DNA of 64,000 bases from Octopus sinensis (GCF_006345805.1 NC_043012.1:8618001-8682000), one strand, 5' to 3'. Counted from the first letter of the stretch, positions 12,820 to 26,667 are shown. Numbers and translations are program-made. The notes: a model not told the origin generated them from the sequence alone.

Positions 12820-13326
12820 CTGTGCATACCTTCCTTCTTGGGACACTTGTGAAGACCTGTTGAGGCAAGTGAAAATCAAATCAAATCAAAATCGATGAAC
12901 ATCAATGGAACACCATCCGAGCGTGGCCGTTCGCCAGCCTTGTCTGGCACCTGTGTCGGTGGCACATAAAAAACACCATCCGAGCGTGGCCGTTCGCCAG
13001 CCTTGTCTGGCACCTGTGTCGGTGGCACATAAAAAACACCATCCAAGCGTGGCCGTTCGCCAGCCTCGTCTGGCACCTGTGTCGGTGGCACATAAAAAAC
13101 ACCATCCGAGCGTGGCCGTTCGCCAGCCTCGTCTGGCACCTGTGTCGGTGGCACATAAAAAGCACCCACTACACTCACGGAGTGGTTGGCATTAGGAAGG
13201 GCATCCAGCTGTAGAAACACTGCCAGATCTGACTGGCCTGGTGCAGCCTTCTGGCTTCCCAGACCCCAGTTGAACCGTCCAACCCATGCTAGCATGGAAA
13301 GCGGACGTTAAATGATGATGACGATG
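12820..13326 (+). mobile_element. Long copy of the (GAT)n-tailed repeat with four 63-bp units (12911-13162)
   Basis: Unit starts at 12911, 12974, 13037 and 13100; 3' end CCATGCTAGCATGG followed by (GAT)n. Confidence 0.85.
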
Positions 13327-16300
13327 CTGTTTTGTCAAACATTGGACAAGCTTATCACTCAAGGCCAAGTCCTGTCTTCAAACCTTGATACCATGATAAT
13401 GATAGCAGAAGCAACTTCAAGTTCTGTCATGAGGAATAGAGTCAGCTGAGCATCTTGTCTCTAGTGTTATTTCATCCTGAAGTCATAAGTTTGCGAAATC
13501 GGATCTAATTCTGCCGCTTCCCTCGCTTCTTGCTCAGTCAAATTATGCCCTAATTACCAAATGAGGTTGTTGACCAATGACAGAAATTGAACACAATGCC
13601 AAAAACTGGAACAAATCCTGCAAGTCATTTTGCTTGATACTAAACAATTCCACCATTTTACTGCCCTTGAATGGTTCTTTATTGACTGTGAAAGGAAGAA
13701 AGTTGTCTTTTGGCAGGATTTGATCTCAAAGCACAGAGAGCAGCAACAAATGCAACAAGAACACTGGTTCTCTAACAAATCTGCAAATTTGCATAAATTT
13801 TGCAACTGCTTCAAAATTTAGAGATTTTACATGAAAATTCTTTCAAGTTCAAAGATTCGATATTGAACAATTAGAATCTAGCTTGTAACACAAAAGGAAT
13901 GGCAACTAACAGCATTGTTATACTTTTCAATTTTTTTTTATAGTATTTAATGTTTAGACAGGAACCTTGTTGATGTAACTGACATTTATCTAACTGATCA
14001 CAAAATCTACTAAAAATGCTGAGCTGACCTTAAATCCTCAAAAATGTTTCAGCCCGAAGGCTGCGGCCATGCTGGGCACCACCATTGAATGACCTTTGAA
14101 GAATTTAAACTCAAAGCAATAGTTATCAAAATTATAAACATATATAAATATATTGTAGGATTCCAACCACCCACACAAGTGACTAAAGGTGGATTGACTC
14201 ACTGTTATAAAATAAAGAACTTTGAGCGGTTGGCAGTTCAGATTGGTAAGCAGTTCACCGTGTGCCATTGATTGAGAACATTGAGTCTCGTGTAATAGTA
14301 ATCATATTGCATCATAAATTCCCCCCCCCCTGCTTTGTTAAATTATATATCCAACATCGAGATATAAAAATACAGCAGCAACTTTAACCATCATTAATTA
14401 ATTGGATTTAATAGTTATATTGTTGACCCATGCCAGCCTGGAAAATAGACATTAAAAGATAACAATGATAATTATATTTAACTGAAGTGTCATGTAAAGA
14501 TAATTAAAGACTATTAAAATATTGTGTGATAGAACAAAGATAATCACAGACATATTTACTGGATAACAGCTATGAGAAATTGTTACTTTAAGTGTAATTT
14601 AGGGAACATTAGACAAGGAGGTGTAAACTAGACCACTAAACCATTACTAAAAGTGAAAATCGAAATCAAAATCGATCAACATCAATGGAAATTGTAGTTG
14701 TGATACCAGTGCCGGTGGCACATAAGAGAACCATCTGGACGTGGCCGTAGCCAGCACCGCCCTGACTGGCCTCCGTGCTGGTAGCACGTAAAAAGCACCA
14801 TCCGATTGTGGCCATTTGCCAGCCTCGTCTGGCACGTAAAAAGCACCCACTACACTCACGGAGTGGTTGGCGTTAGGAAGGGCATCCAGCCGTCGAAACA
14901 TTGCCAGATCAGACTGGGCCTGGTGCAACCCTCTGGCTTCCCAGACTCCAGTCAAACCGTCCAACCCATGCTAGCATGGAAAGCGGACGTTAAACGATGA
15001 TGATGATGATGTACTGGACTTCAGTGAAGTACTCTCTTGTAAAAGAAGGACTGACATGACAAAAGGTAGCAAAGTAACAACATAATTAAGAACCATATCT
15101 CTTGGACAAGTCTAGATAATGGCCATGTTCCAGTTCAACACTGCTTCTTAGTTGTCACTTCAAACAACAAAATACCTAAGATGTGACAACAGGAGAGAAC
15201 TGCATCAGCACCTGGCTGGTACTTATTTTCAGGTGAGGAGACTAAAGCAATGTAAAACGAAGTGCCTTGCTTAAAGACACAACACACTGCCAGGCCTAGG
15301 GATTGAAACTACATTTCTGAGCTACATACCCTCACTATCCATCTATACACCACATAACATAATACTTCTCACCAATGAAGGTGACTCTATACCATATCTG
15401 TCAATAGTAAAATGTAGCACATTTTCAGTGGACACATGAACTTTAAAAAAAAAAAATTGATATAAAAATTTCAAAAATTTTAAGAATTTTTAAATATTTA
15501 ACAGTCAAAAAATCTTATTTTTCAATAATGCCTAATGAAATAGCATTCTTTATTCCAACCCATAAAGTAAAAAGAAATTCTTACAAATTAACAAACTGCT
15601 AACTCACAGTCTACAATATGTAATATGTCAAGTGGATGATTCTAAGATTTCTTTTTTTCATTCTTCCACACACTTTCTGAATTCAGTCATAGGCACAGGC
15701 ATGGCTGTGTGGTGAAGAAGGTCGCTTCCTAACCATGTGGTCTCAGGGTCAATCCCACTATGTGGCACTTTAGACAACAGTCTTCAACTATAGAGTTGAG
15801 CAGATCAAAGCCTTGTGAGTGGATTTTGTAGACAGAAACTGAAAGGCGACTATCATAGATGCGTGTGTACCCTTGTCTTGACATCATGTAATGGTTGTAA
15901 ATGAGCATCACTGTCATACAAGCGAGGTTGTTTGTTTCCAGTCTTCAGTGAGAAACAGGTCTAGCTAGGGGGAAACATTGCTTTACCTGGAAACAGGTGA
16001 GAGTTGGAGATAGAAAGGGCATCTGGCTGTAGAAAAATTTGCCTCAACAAAGTCTGTCTGATCCATGCAAGCATGGAAAAGTGGACATTAAACGATGATG
16101 AATCATAATTGTATCAACTGTTAATCAGAAAAATTAAATTAAAAAAAAGAACAAGTTAATAATTAAAATTGATTTCTTGTTTGATATTAAGAACATCCAG
16201 CCATAGAAATCATGCCAAAGCAGATAGTGGAGTATTATGTAGTCATGTGACTCATAGGGTCCTGTCAAACCATCCAATCCATGACAGTAAGGAAGATGGA

Positions 16301-16499
16301 CATTAAATGATAATGCAAATCTTGTCAGCTATCACATTGTTAACGAGGGAGATGAAGTTGTTTATGCAAAGAGAAACTTGCAAGAAGAAATTGGGATGTA
16401 AAACAAAAAAGAATGGAAAACCACTCCTAGAGAATTTCTCATTTAGTAATTGCAAGCTTTTAGTATTTTACTGAGAATTGTCATCCATAGAAAAAAAAA

Positions 16500-17900
16500 A
16501 AATCCCTAAGTAATGGTGAGTTTATAATAGTGTCCTTGTATGACGGTCATGAGATAAAAATGGTGCACATTTAACAAAAGCTTCTTTGATTCATCATTAC
16601 TGTGCATGAGTTAGCAATAAGCAGAAATATCCAAGGCAAAATTATGAAAATTAATGCCAACATGCGTCAATTTGAAAACCACTTAAATTTCCGTGACTTT
16701 CTTTGTCCTGGTCAGATCAGGATATTAATTTGAGTTTGCTTTTAATTACTGGCCGATATTTTCATACATTCTATTTACGAGGAGATAATTACACGTTAGA
16801 GAATATGCCTCAAAAATATGACAGGAAAGACAAAAAGGACAGAATTGTTGAAATGTTTCACAAGACTGTTTTTATCTAAAACAGTCTCAGCTAATATGGT
16901 AGGCCAAAATGTTGAATTTGTAAAGCAATTTACAGATGCCATTGATCACCCGTAATTTTACACAACAAATGCTGTGTGCAAGAACAACGTAGTGTAAGAG
17001 ACCAGATCTGGCCAGTTTCAATGCTGAAGGGTTAAATATTTTGAGGATGTGATTAGAGTTGTGACAAAAAAAACATTTTGATAGCTGACAGGATTTGCAA
17101 GAGCACCATCTGAGCGTGATCGTTGCCAGAGCAGCCAGCTGGCTTCCGTGCCAGTGGCACGTAAAAGGGCACCTAACGAGCATGATCGTTACCAATATCG
17201 CCTTACTGGCACATGTAAAAAGATTCGAGCGAGGTCGTTGCCAGTACTGCTTGACTGGCCCCTGTGCCGGTGGCACGTAAAAAGCACCCACTACACTCTC
17301 AGAGTGGTTGGCGTTAGGAAGAGCATCCAGCTGTAGAAACTGCCAAATCAAGATTGGAGCCTGGTGCAGCCATCTGGTTCGCCAGCCCTCAGTCAAATCG
17401 TCCAACCCATGCTAGCATGGAAAACGGACGTTAAATGATGATGATCATCATCATTTAATGTCCATCTTCCTTACTGTCATGGATTGGATGGTTTGACAGG
17501 ATCCTACGAGTCACATGATTACATTGTTCTCCACTGTTTGCTTTGGCATGATTTCTATGGCTGGATGTCCTTAATGCCAAACAAGAAATCAATTTTCTTT
17601 TACAGTAGTCTTATATACAACAAAGTACACTGACAATATTTGTTTGAGATGAAATCATTCAAACTTCTCATATGAAAAACAATGAGCTTGACTTTAGTCA
17701 GCCAAATTATTGATTGACTTAGTAATCCTGGTTTCATAGAATTTTTCATTGCATCCAAATAAACATTATTCAGCAAAGTTTTAAGAAAACTGTTAACAAT
17801 GTTTGACAGTAAACTTGACATATTTCAACACGATACTGACAGTGAAAGTTTCAAGTACTACCCAAAAGTTTTAAAAAATTTATGCAAAACCAGCTATAAG
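16500..17900 (+). pseudogene. Highly decayed hAT (Charlie/SPIN, GTF2IRD2-like) transposase fragments interrupted by repeats
   Basis: Broken peptides KSLSNGEFI, ANMVGQNVEFVKQFTDAIDHP and MFDSKLDIFQHD..FKYYP resemble hAT motifs recalled from memory. Confidence 0.5.
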
Positions 17901-18379
17901 AATCTTGAAAAACACTCAAAACAGTTTATAAAAGAGCCAGGACCAAGAAATTTTGTTTTATATTTGTGAAAGCTCTATGGTTTAGAAAATATCCTGGTGA
18001 AGCAGATTTCAAGGATCTGAACTTATATCCATTTGAGTGACCAGAATGAAGAGATCTAGAAATGCAGTAAGGCCAACTTGCAATCTGATCCTATTTGGAA
18101 GTAAAAATCATTACAATGGTGCAATATTACAACAATAACCATCCTACTGGTCACATTTGCCTTAAATAATCAAAACAGAGAAAACTGTTTTGTCTAGCAG
18201 AAGATGGAGCAACCTCTGGTGCTAAGGCCAAAATAAAATGCACCCAGTACATTCTGTAAAGTGATTGGCATATGAACAGAGGTAACATAGGATAGGGAGA
18301 ACTATTCAGTCTGGCTGAGGACATGACAACCTCCCTAGTGTTGATGCCACATTAAAATGTAGCACCAGTACTTAGTAAA

Positions 18380-18780
18380 GTGGTTATCCATTGGCACTAT
18401 CTACAACTTGTTGAGCAATTTCGTCAACACTACCTGTGCATCATCTTCGACACCCACTGGATTAACTATGTTCCTAACATCAAGATCCTGGAGAAAATGA
18501 AGGTCACCAACATCAAAGCAGATAAACTGAGCAGGACATCACCAAGATGGAGGATAATTTACTTAAAAGATCACACTGTACGGGGAAAACTCTATACTGG
18601 TCACCATGATAGAAGAGCACCAAAGAAAAGGTGCATGGATTCCTTAAAGAAATCTCCCTGTGCCTGCCACATTCATCATTGCCCTGGACTGTTCTTTCCA
18701 ATGACTATGAAACCTGGCATTTCACTGTCCACTAGGCAATGGACTCCTCTGAAGAGACCTGCATGACCAACCTTGTAGAC
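18380..18780 (+). mobile_element. RTE-clade LINE 3' fragment
   Basis: LVEQFRQHYLCIIFDTHW..VPNIKILE...GKLYTGHHDRRAPKKRCMDSLKKS. Confidence 0.7.
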
Positions 18781-21700
18781 AAGAGAAAAATTAGGTAAAA
18801 ACAGGAATACTATGACCAACCCTGATAAGCAACCTTCTCTAATGACCAACCATCTCGTGCAGACTCTGCCCTCATACCTGTCTTCTCTGAATTGGACTAA
18901 ATGGGAATCAACAAGCTTGCAACAGATGTGGACAGACTCGTTTGTAAATCTTTGCTCGCAAAACCAAGACAAGATGAATAATAACCATACAGAAAACAGT
19001 CTCTCCCAATACCAATTATATAATTAACGCATGCTCCCTGTGTGTGTGTGTGTGTGCTATGCATGTGACACAAACACATTATCATCTATCAGTCCAAAGA
19101 CTACAATTGTTTATTTATTGTTTGGATTTTTAGATTTTTATTTATCAAGAAGCAGAGGGGTTGGGGGGTGTATAGTAAGAAACAGAATAAAGTTCACCAA
19201 CAGATGGAGGATACTTTTCATAGGGTGGGGGGGGAGAGGGGCAGCTAGGTAGAGAAATGCTATAATCCAAAAAGTATTCTGAAACCATTCCATCTTTCTT
19301 GCAAAGTGCAAGGAATTCAGCATAACCTTTTCTAAGATGGCAGGGTGCCATCTGAGGAACATTTGGCTAGTATTTATAGCAGGCCGAGCAACCAGGTAGA
19401 GAATTCTTTGTATGTAATCCTATCAATGGGGTCAGGATCACAAAATTAAGATAGCAACAGTTGAAAGAAATAAAGATGAGTTGTGTAACAATAACCCCCA
19501 TCTAACTTAGATCAAGATAAGTGAATTTCATCTTATCTTTTATATTACAGGTTTTAGTCATTTGATTGTGGCCATGCTGGGGTACTACCTTGAAGAATTT
19601 TCAGTCAAATGAAACAACCCCAGTACATTTTTTTTAAAGTTTCATACTTATTCTATCGGTCTCCTTTGCTGAACTGCTAAGTTACAGGGACATAAGCATA
19701 CCAACACCGTCTGCATCTGTTCCCCGCTCACTACCACTTGACAACCACACACACACAAATGGTCTTTTGGTTTGTTTACCAAATCCACTCACAAGGCTTT
19801 GGTTGGCCTGAGGTGACAGAAGACACTTGCTCAAGGTGTCACAGTGGGATTGAATCCAAAACCATGTGGTTGTAAAAGAAGCTGCTTAACCGCATAGCCA
19901 CACCCACACCAATGAAACATATTTTACATAATTGCTCAAACAATGGAGCAATCTTGAAATAAAGTCACTATTAAGCACTAAATAATGTAATTAATGTATA
20001 TATGAAAGAGAAAAGTGTGTGTGTTGGTGATACCAAGGTCAGAGAGGAATCAGAGAGAGAGAGGAGGTGGGGTGGAAGCCACCATAATCACAGAGTTCCC
20101 CAAAATTAAAGGAAGGGAAAGAAGCCATCAAATTCATCACACAAACTCAAGTCAGCACTGATCGAGCAAACCCATAATTAAAAGCATTCCAACCATGCAC
20201 AACCTATCTTTTTAGGGGTTTCTTGCAAAATGAATAATCACATAGCACACACACACACACGTATGTACAGGTATAAGCAATGGGCTTTTTCAGTTTCCAT
20301 TTACCAAATCCACTTGCAAGGATTTCATCAACCCAAGGTTACGGTAGAAGCCACTTGTACAAAGTGTCATGCAGTAGGACTGAAACTCCAAACCAGATGG
20401 TTGGAAGCAATGGGCTTCTTTCAGTTTCCATTTACCAAATTCACTCACAAGGTTTTATTAGAAGCCACTTGTACAAAGTGTCATGCACCTTTTTTTTTTT
20501 GGCCTTGCGCCTAAATCAGAAACAATTACAAGTATGACATGCTGTTAGATCTACAAAAACTACATCAGAGGTTCGCAACCATTTTTGGCCTATGGCACCA
20601 CAACAGAATTGAGATCCTAAAACCAAGGTACCACATAAAAAACACCCAGTAACTCTGTAAAGTGGTTGGTGTTAGAAAGGGCATCCAGCCATAGAAATCA
20701 AGCCAAAACAGGCTATGGCACCTGGTGCAACACCTGGCTTTGCCACTTTCTGTCAAGCCGTCCAACCCATGCCAGCATGGAAAACAGAAGTTAAATCATC
20801 ATCATCGTTTAACATCCGCTTTCCATGCTAGCATGGGTTGGACGAATGACCGAGGGCTGGCGAACCAGATGGTTGCACCAGGTTTCAATCTTGATCTGGC
20901 AGAGTTTCTACAGCTGGATGCCCTTCCTAACGCCAACCACTCCGAGAGTGTAGTGGGTGCTTTTACGTGCCAGTCAGGTGGTACTGGCAATGACCTCGCT
21001 CGAATCATTTACACATGCCACTGGCACGGGTGCCAGTAAGGCGATGCTGGTAACGATCACGCTCGAATGGTGTCTTTTACATGCCACCAGCACGGAAGAC
21101 AGATAGCCGTTCTGGCAATGATCATGCTCGGATGGTGCTCTTTGCACCCTGCTAGCACGGACGCCAGTCATCGAATTTGATTTTGATTTTATGTAACAAT
21201 GTTACATAAAATGATTTACTTTGCTTCCTCATACTTTGAGGTAAATAAATAGTGTAGATTACAAGTATATTGAAATTTAATGTGGGAAAAATAAATAAAA
21301 AGTTGATGGGCACACACACACACATACGTACTGATTCACATATATACCTACAAAAAGAAGGTTGGAATTTTGAAAAAGAAAAAAAAAATGATGTGTGTCT
21401 ATGTATATATATGTGCATCCACCAATTATTTCTTACACATTAAATTCTGATATAATCGAAATCTATGCCCTCTAAAAGGTAATTGCAGAAAATTTCACTA
21501 AAAGATAACTATTTTTCTAAAGACTTTGAGGAAACAAAGTCGATAGTATGTATACTTCTGTATGATCATTTTTCCTCGCTAGCACAAGTTATATATTATG
21601 GAAGCAATGTTTTACAGAACTGATACTCTTCCTATTGTAAACTCTTACGTGTTTTTCAAATAAGGAATCTTATCTCAAGCAAGCGGAGCATTCGCTGTCA

Positions 21701-22524
21701 TGAGAAGCAACAACTCTGCTCCTAGTTTAGACATTTTCATAGAGTGCGAATGTAAACACACACACACGCTGCGTTTCCTTCAGTTTTCGTCTATTGAAAT
21801 CACTTACAAGATATTAGACAGTCTGGGTGCTACAATAGACACTTGGTGCTGTACAGTGGAACTGAATACCAAGAAAGTGATTGGAAAGCAAACATCTTGG
21901 ATCTTTTTGCTTTGACCGGCAGATTTTTAAAATAATTTCTTTGGAACTAAACACTTTCAAACTTCGTATACTGGTAGAATGTGTTTATAAAACATCTTTT
22001 TCTCTTGGCTTTCTTGAGAAAATTCTGTAGTTTGTAAGCTATTTGTTCTTTAATTTCTTGCATTTCAGCAATTTCAACCAATCAATGACCTCTATTGAAG
22101 TGAATTCAATCTCTGCCGGATCACTTCCTAACTGTACAACCATGCCTACACCTCTATTTACACACACACGAGCACAATTATTCTTCATTCATGAGACCAA
22201 ACTACAGCTGTTTCAAACTAGCGACTTTATCAAACAGTCGTAATGTGTTCTTTCAGAGAGTATTAAAAAAAACAACTTTTGCAACCTTATCTATTGAGTG
22301 TCACAATGAAAGACGTTTCCTTCCCATTAACGAACAATACATATATACATATACACTCAGGAAGCATGCACGAACATGATCTTATATACTACAAAAGACT
22401 TATTGACTGACTTTACGCACGCAACTAACACTATTGGTTTCAAATATTGGAACAAGGCCAGTAATTTCAACATCGACCCCAGTGCTCAACTGGTATTTAT
22501 TTTATCGATTTATTTTATAGATAA

Positions 22525-23050
22525 AAGGCAGCGAGCTGGCAGAAATGTTAACACGCCGGGCGAAATGCGTAGCCGTATTTCGTCTGCTGTTACGTTCTGA
22601 GTTCAAATTCTACCGAGGTCGACTTTGCCTTTCATCCTTTCAGGGTCGATAAATTAAGTACCAGTTATGCACTGGGGTCGGTGTAAGCGACTTAATCCGT
22701 CATCTGTCCTCTCTGTGTTTAGCCCCTTGTGGGTAGTAAAGAAATAGGTATTTATTTTATCGACCCATGAAAAGAAGAATGGTGAAGTCGACATAGGGAC
22801 AAACGGAATGCCAACTCGCCCCACTTTTAATATGAATTGTTAGTAAGGCGGCATGCTAGCACAATCGTTAGCGCGTCGGAAAAAAAACGCTTAGCGGCAT
22901 TTCGTCCGTCTTTACGTAACGAGTTCGAGTTCCGCCTTTCACTCCTTCGGGGGTCGATTAAAATAAGTACCAGTTGAACACTGAGGTCAATATGATCGAC
23001 TTGCGACCCCCACCCCGAAATTGCCGGTCTTGCGTCAAAATCTTAAACTA
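22525..23050 (+). mobile_element. Two tandem copies of a tRNA-derived SINE (GGCGAGCTGGCAG...GTTCAAATTC)
   Basis: A/B boxes and shared CTTTGCCTTTCATCC core. Relatives at about 824-1030, 4100-4295, 49626-49760 and 63170-63365(-). Confidence 0.8.
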
Positions 23051-26000
23051 ATATTAGTTGTTAGTTTAATATTGCTAATGTTATAAGCAGGGCCGGATTT
23101 AAACCCAGTGGGGCCCCTAAGACTTTGCCTGTCATTTTCAGCCGTATACAAGTTTACAACGTTGTATATGACGTAAATATAAAGAATGCTTATAATTTCA
23201 TATCAATTTTCTTCATTCGTTTTTTTTAATTTTCCAGCTATTCATTTATTTATTTTCCATATTCTATAACTTCAATGGGATCTTTTCGGTTTGAACGGCA
23301 GTTTTTTGTAGCAGTGTCATATGAAATTGTCACCCAGAGTTATGACCCTAGTATCGACGTTCAGCCACACACAATATTTCAATCTGTTTTTGGGTTAGGG
23401 TTACGGGTGGGGGGAAAAGTATCTTTTTTATTCCCAAATGTAAATAAACCCAATCTGTTTCTTAAACGAGGGACATATTCATACGGCACAGAATGTTTGT
23501 TTTTTTACCTCAATGGACGTCAGTGATTGGTTGAAATTGCAGAAATTGAAGAAAAAAAACAACAAATATCTTACAAACTATAGAATTTTCTCAATAAAGC
23601 CAAGAGAAAAAGATGTTTTATAAACACATTCTACCAGTATACGAAGTTTAAAATTTTTTAGTTACCTAGAAATTATGTTAAAACTGTCGTCCAAACCGAA
23701 AAGATCCGATTTTTTAAAAAATCTGTGCAATAAATTGCTTATACCTCTACAATATACAAAATATTTTAAAGTTTTATACAATTCCTAATATCATATACCA
23801 TGCACACAAAAAAAACAAACAAACAAAAAAAAAATAGTTAAAATATCTTCTTAGTGGTGACAAGTTTTACATCATGTGAAAAGTGATTAGTTGTACTATT
23901 AGTCCTCTTGCATCTATCTGGGCCACGATCGTAGTCCGTCGCACTTTGTGTTAATTATAAAAGTACACCGAATTGCTATGGGGGTCCACCCAAGTAAAAT
24001 AGGAATCAAAAGGGCCCATAAGCAAAAAAACAAAAAAACAAAAGTGATTGAGAATTACTGAGTCAAAACTCAAGGCCTCGGTAGATCTCAGGTATATCAC
24101 TTTTAATAGCTTTTTTAAATCTAAAAGAGATCAATAAACTAAAATTAGGGCACGATAAATTTACAAACTCTACCGGATAAAAAAAAATTATAACATTTGA
24201 TTTAAAACATTTTTCACTCCAAGTTTTAGGAGACTTCAATGCTTGAGGGGGCGGGTCCGGGTCCTAGCCTATATATACATCGGGCCCTGGTTCTTTGCTA
24301 AAATCAGTTGTGTGTGAAAATGATTTAGCTCAATCCTTTTCATATAATACATATGCAAACGCAAATATGCACGGTAGACCTGTTTACCAAAAACATTTTA
24401 ACTGTGACACTTTTGAACCTTTTCTTTGGGTCGAAAGTAACCCAATATAATTTTTAAGTATTAATTAAAAAAAAAAAAAAAAAAAGTTTATATCTCGGAA
24501 AAGACTTCTGTTCACAACTAGAAACATTTAAACAGATTTGGTTGGGAGGTTAGGGGGCAAAATAACAAAGCTGGGGAGAGAGAGAGAGAGAGAGACAAAG
24601 AGGGAAAATGTGATAAGCTAGGGATTAAAGTAGATTAACTAGTAAGTTCATAAGCTTATAGAAAAGCTAAGACAACTAAATAGTGATGTACTCTATGAGA
24701 ATTTTCCTAATCCACATTGCGATAGGATGGCGAAGAGATAGTTACAATAACATAAGATTGGAGTGAATCAGAATATTTCTTGCAGAAGGCCGGAGTAAAA
24801 TTGCAGTTTTTTCTTCTTTACTTAACCACATATATATTTTTTTTATTTGTATTGAATTATTGTTGTTTTGAGAGAGAAAATGGAGAGACATGGTTATGAA
24901 TTAGCTTTGGGTTGTAAGTAAAATTGACATGCACTAATGAACTTGTAATACGACTTTCTTTCACACGAATAGAATAATTATAAGAGGAAAAACGAGATTG
25001 TCAGGCAATCAGGATTTTCTTCCAAAAGCTAATCTTGATCGAAGTGAATTATAACAAAACCATACATACATTATTTACATTTGACGGATACATGTTTCAA
25101 GTGCAATGTGGTACTAAATACACACAATCACAGGTCATATTTATGTCAGAACAATGCTATGTAAATCTAATTTTATTTACTTAAACCTGAAACTTCAAAT
25201 AAATTAAAGACGTCCTATATATAGTGCTTTTTTCCATATATATATATATATAAGCATGAACGTTCATTACACACATATTGTTGAATATAATTTCATCATT
25301 TGCACAGACGTTCAGCCACACACAATATCGTAGAACAAACAATGGGTTTATTAAAGTACAATTTTCGAGCGGGATACGACCAAGTACTGATTCCCCCGCT
25401 AGTCCTTAAAATCTCTAACCCCTCGGTGCCCGAACTATTGCACTCGTCTGTCGCAAATTGCAACGAAGACATCGCACCTAAGAAAACCCGCCAGAGTTAG
25501 ATGACATGCAGTGAATATCGCTGGGTCGCTCGACTCTTTCGGGGCGTAGATGAGGTAAATTATTCAACATAACAGAGTTCTGTTTACTTCAATAAATCTT
25601 CATTAAACAAATGTTAAATCTTCCAGTCCAGACTGACTAAGATTAAATAAATATATATATATAAATAATCCAGACTGACTGAGGAAGATTATATAATATG
25701 TATATATAAACCAGACTGATTGAGAAATATTATATAATATATATATCTTGAATGTTGACGTTACTTCAATGTAACAGCAATACCTATTATAATTGCAGCG
25801 CACCTGAGTCGTTTGGCCGTTACAGTATGACCAACGTATGTATTCTATGTCCAACTTCACCCAATAAGTCTGGATTTGGGAATTACGAAGAATTAACTAA
25901 GACGACGTTAGTTAGATCAAATAAAAAGACGGTTCTTTGATATACACAAAATGTCAACACAAGACAAAGCCATTATCAGTAGATGGAGAAAATTATCATA

Positions 26001-26667
26001 ATCTCATCTGCCTCACCTGTCAGAGTATACCAGAAAGCGATATCTCGTCTCTTTATGGTACCAACAACATGAAGTTGGTTTAATATAACACCAACAGAGG
26101 CGGGGGATCGGCAGGTGGATGTTGTGTAACAATTTTTCTAATTAAGCTTTTTTTATAAAGGAAGAAAGGGAAAATGGCAATTTAGAGTCTTTATTGAATT
26201 CAAGTGTTCATAATTCTTATCCTAACTCATAGAATAAACATGAGGTGTTAATTATATGGGTTAAATAAGAAGCTTAGATATACTTCGCCTGTGCGCGAAA
26301 ATTTTACCGAATAATATATACATGTATGTGTGTGTGTGCGTGTCAATGGAAGGTGTGCCAAAATGTTTAAAGGTACAAGCATTTAGCGTCTACAGAAATA
26401 GCAGCCAAATCAGCCTCAATTTACACCTATTATTTTAAAATAAGACACATCGATCAATGTAAGCGCGCGCGCACATACATACATACATATATATTTCAAA
26501 ATAGAAAATTACCCTTTAACAGGTAATTTTTTACATGCTAGAAATAGCAGCCAACACGGCCAAAAACCACAATTTTATAGCAAATTTGAAATGCGAATAT
26601 GTTGTCTATTGACTTTTTATACATGCTAGGCCACTGGTGGTGATATTTATAACGAGTATTCGCCACC

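Noticed and set aside
12911-13162. Regular 63-bp repeats as a possible CRISPR array
   Set aside because: Contiguous tandem units without unique spacers, in eukaryotic DNA with no cas genes.
25415-25423. CTAACCCCT as a telomerase RNA template; nearby CGTATCCCGCT (minus strand) resembling RNase MRP RNA
   Set aside because: The template lacks the repeated CTAA alignment region, and the conserved MRP P4 motifs are not found; short chance matches.
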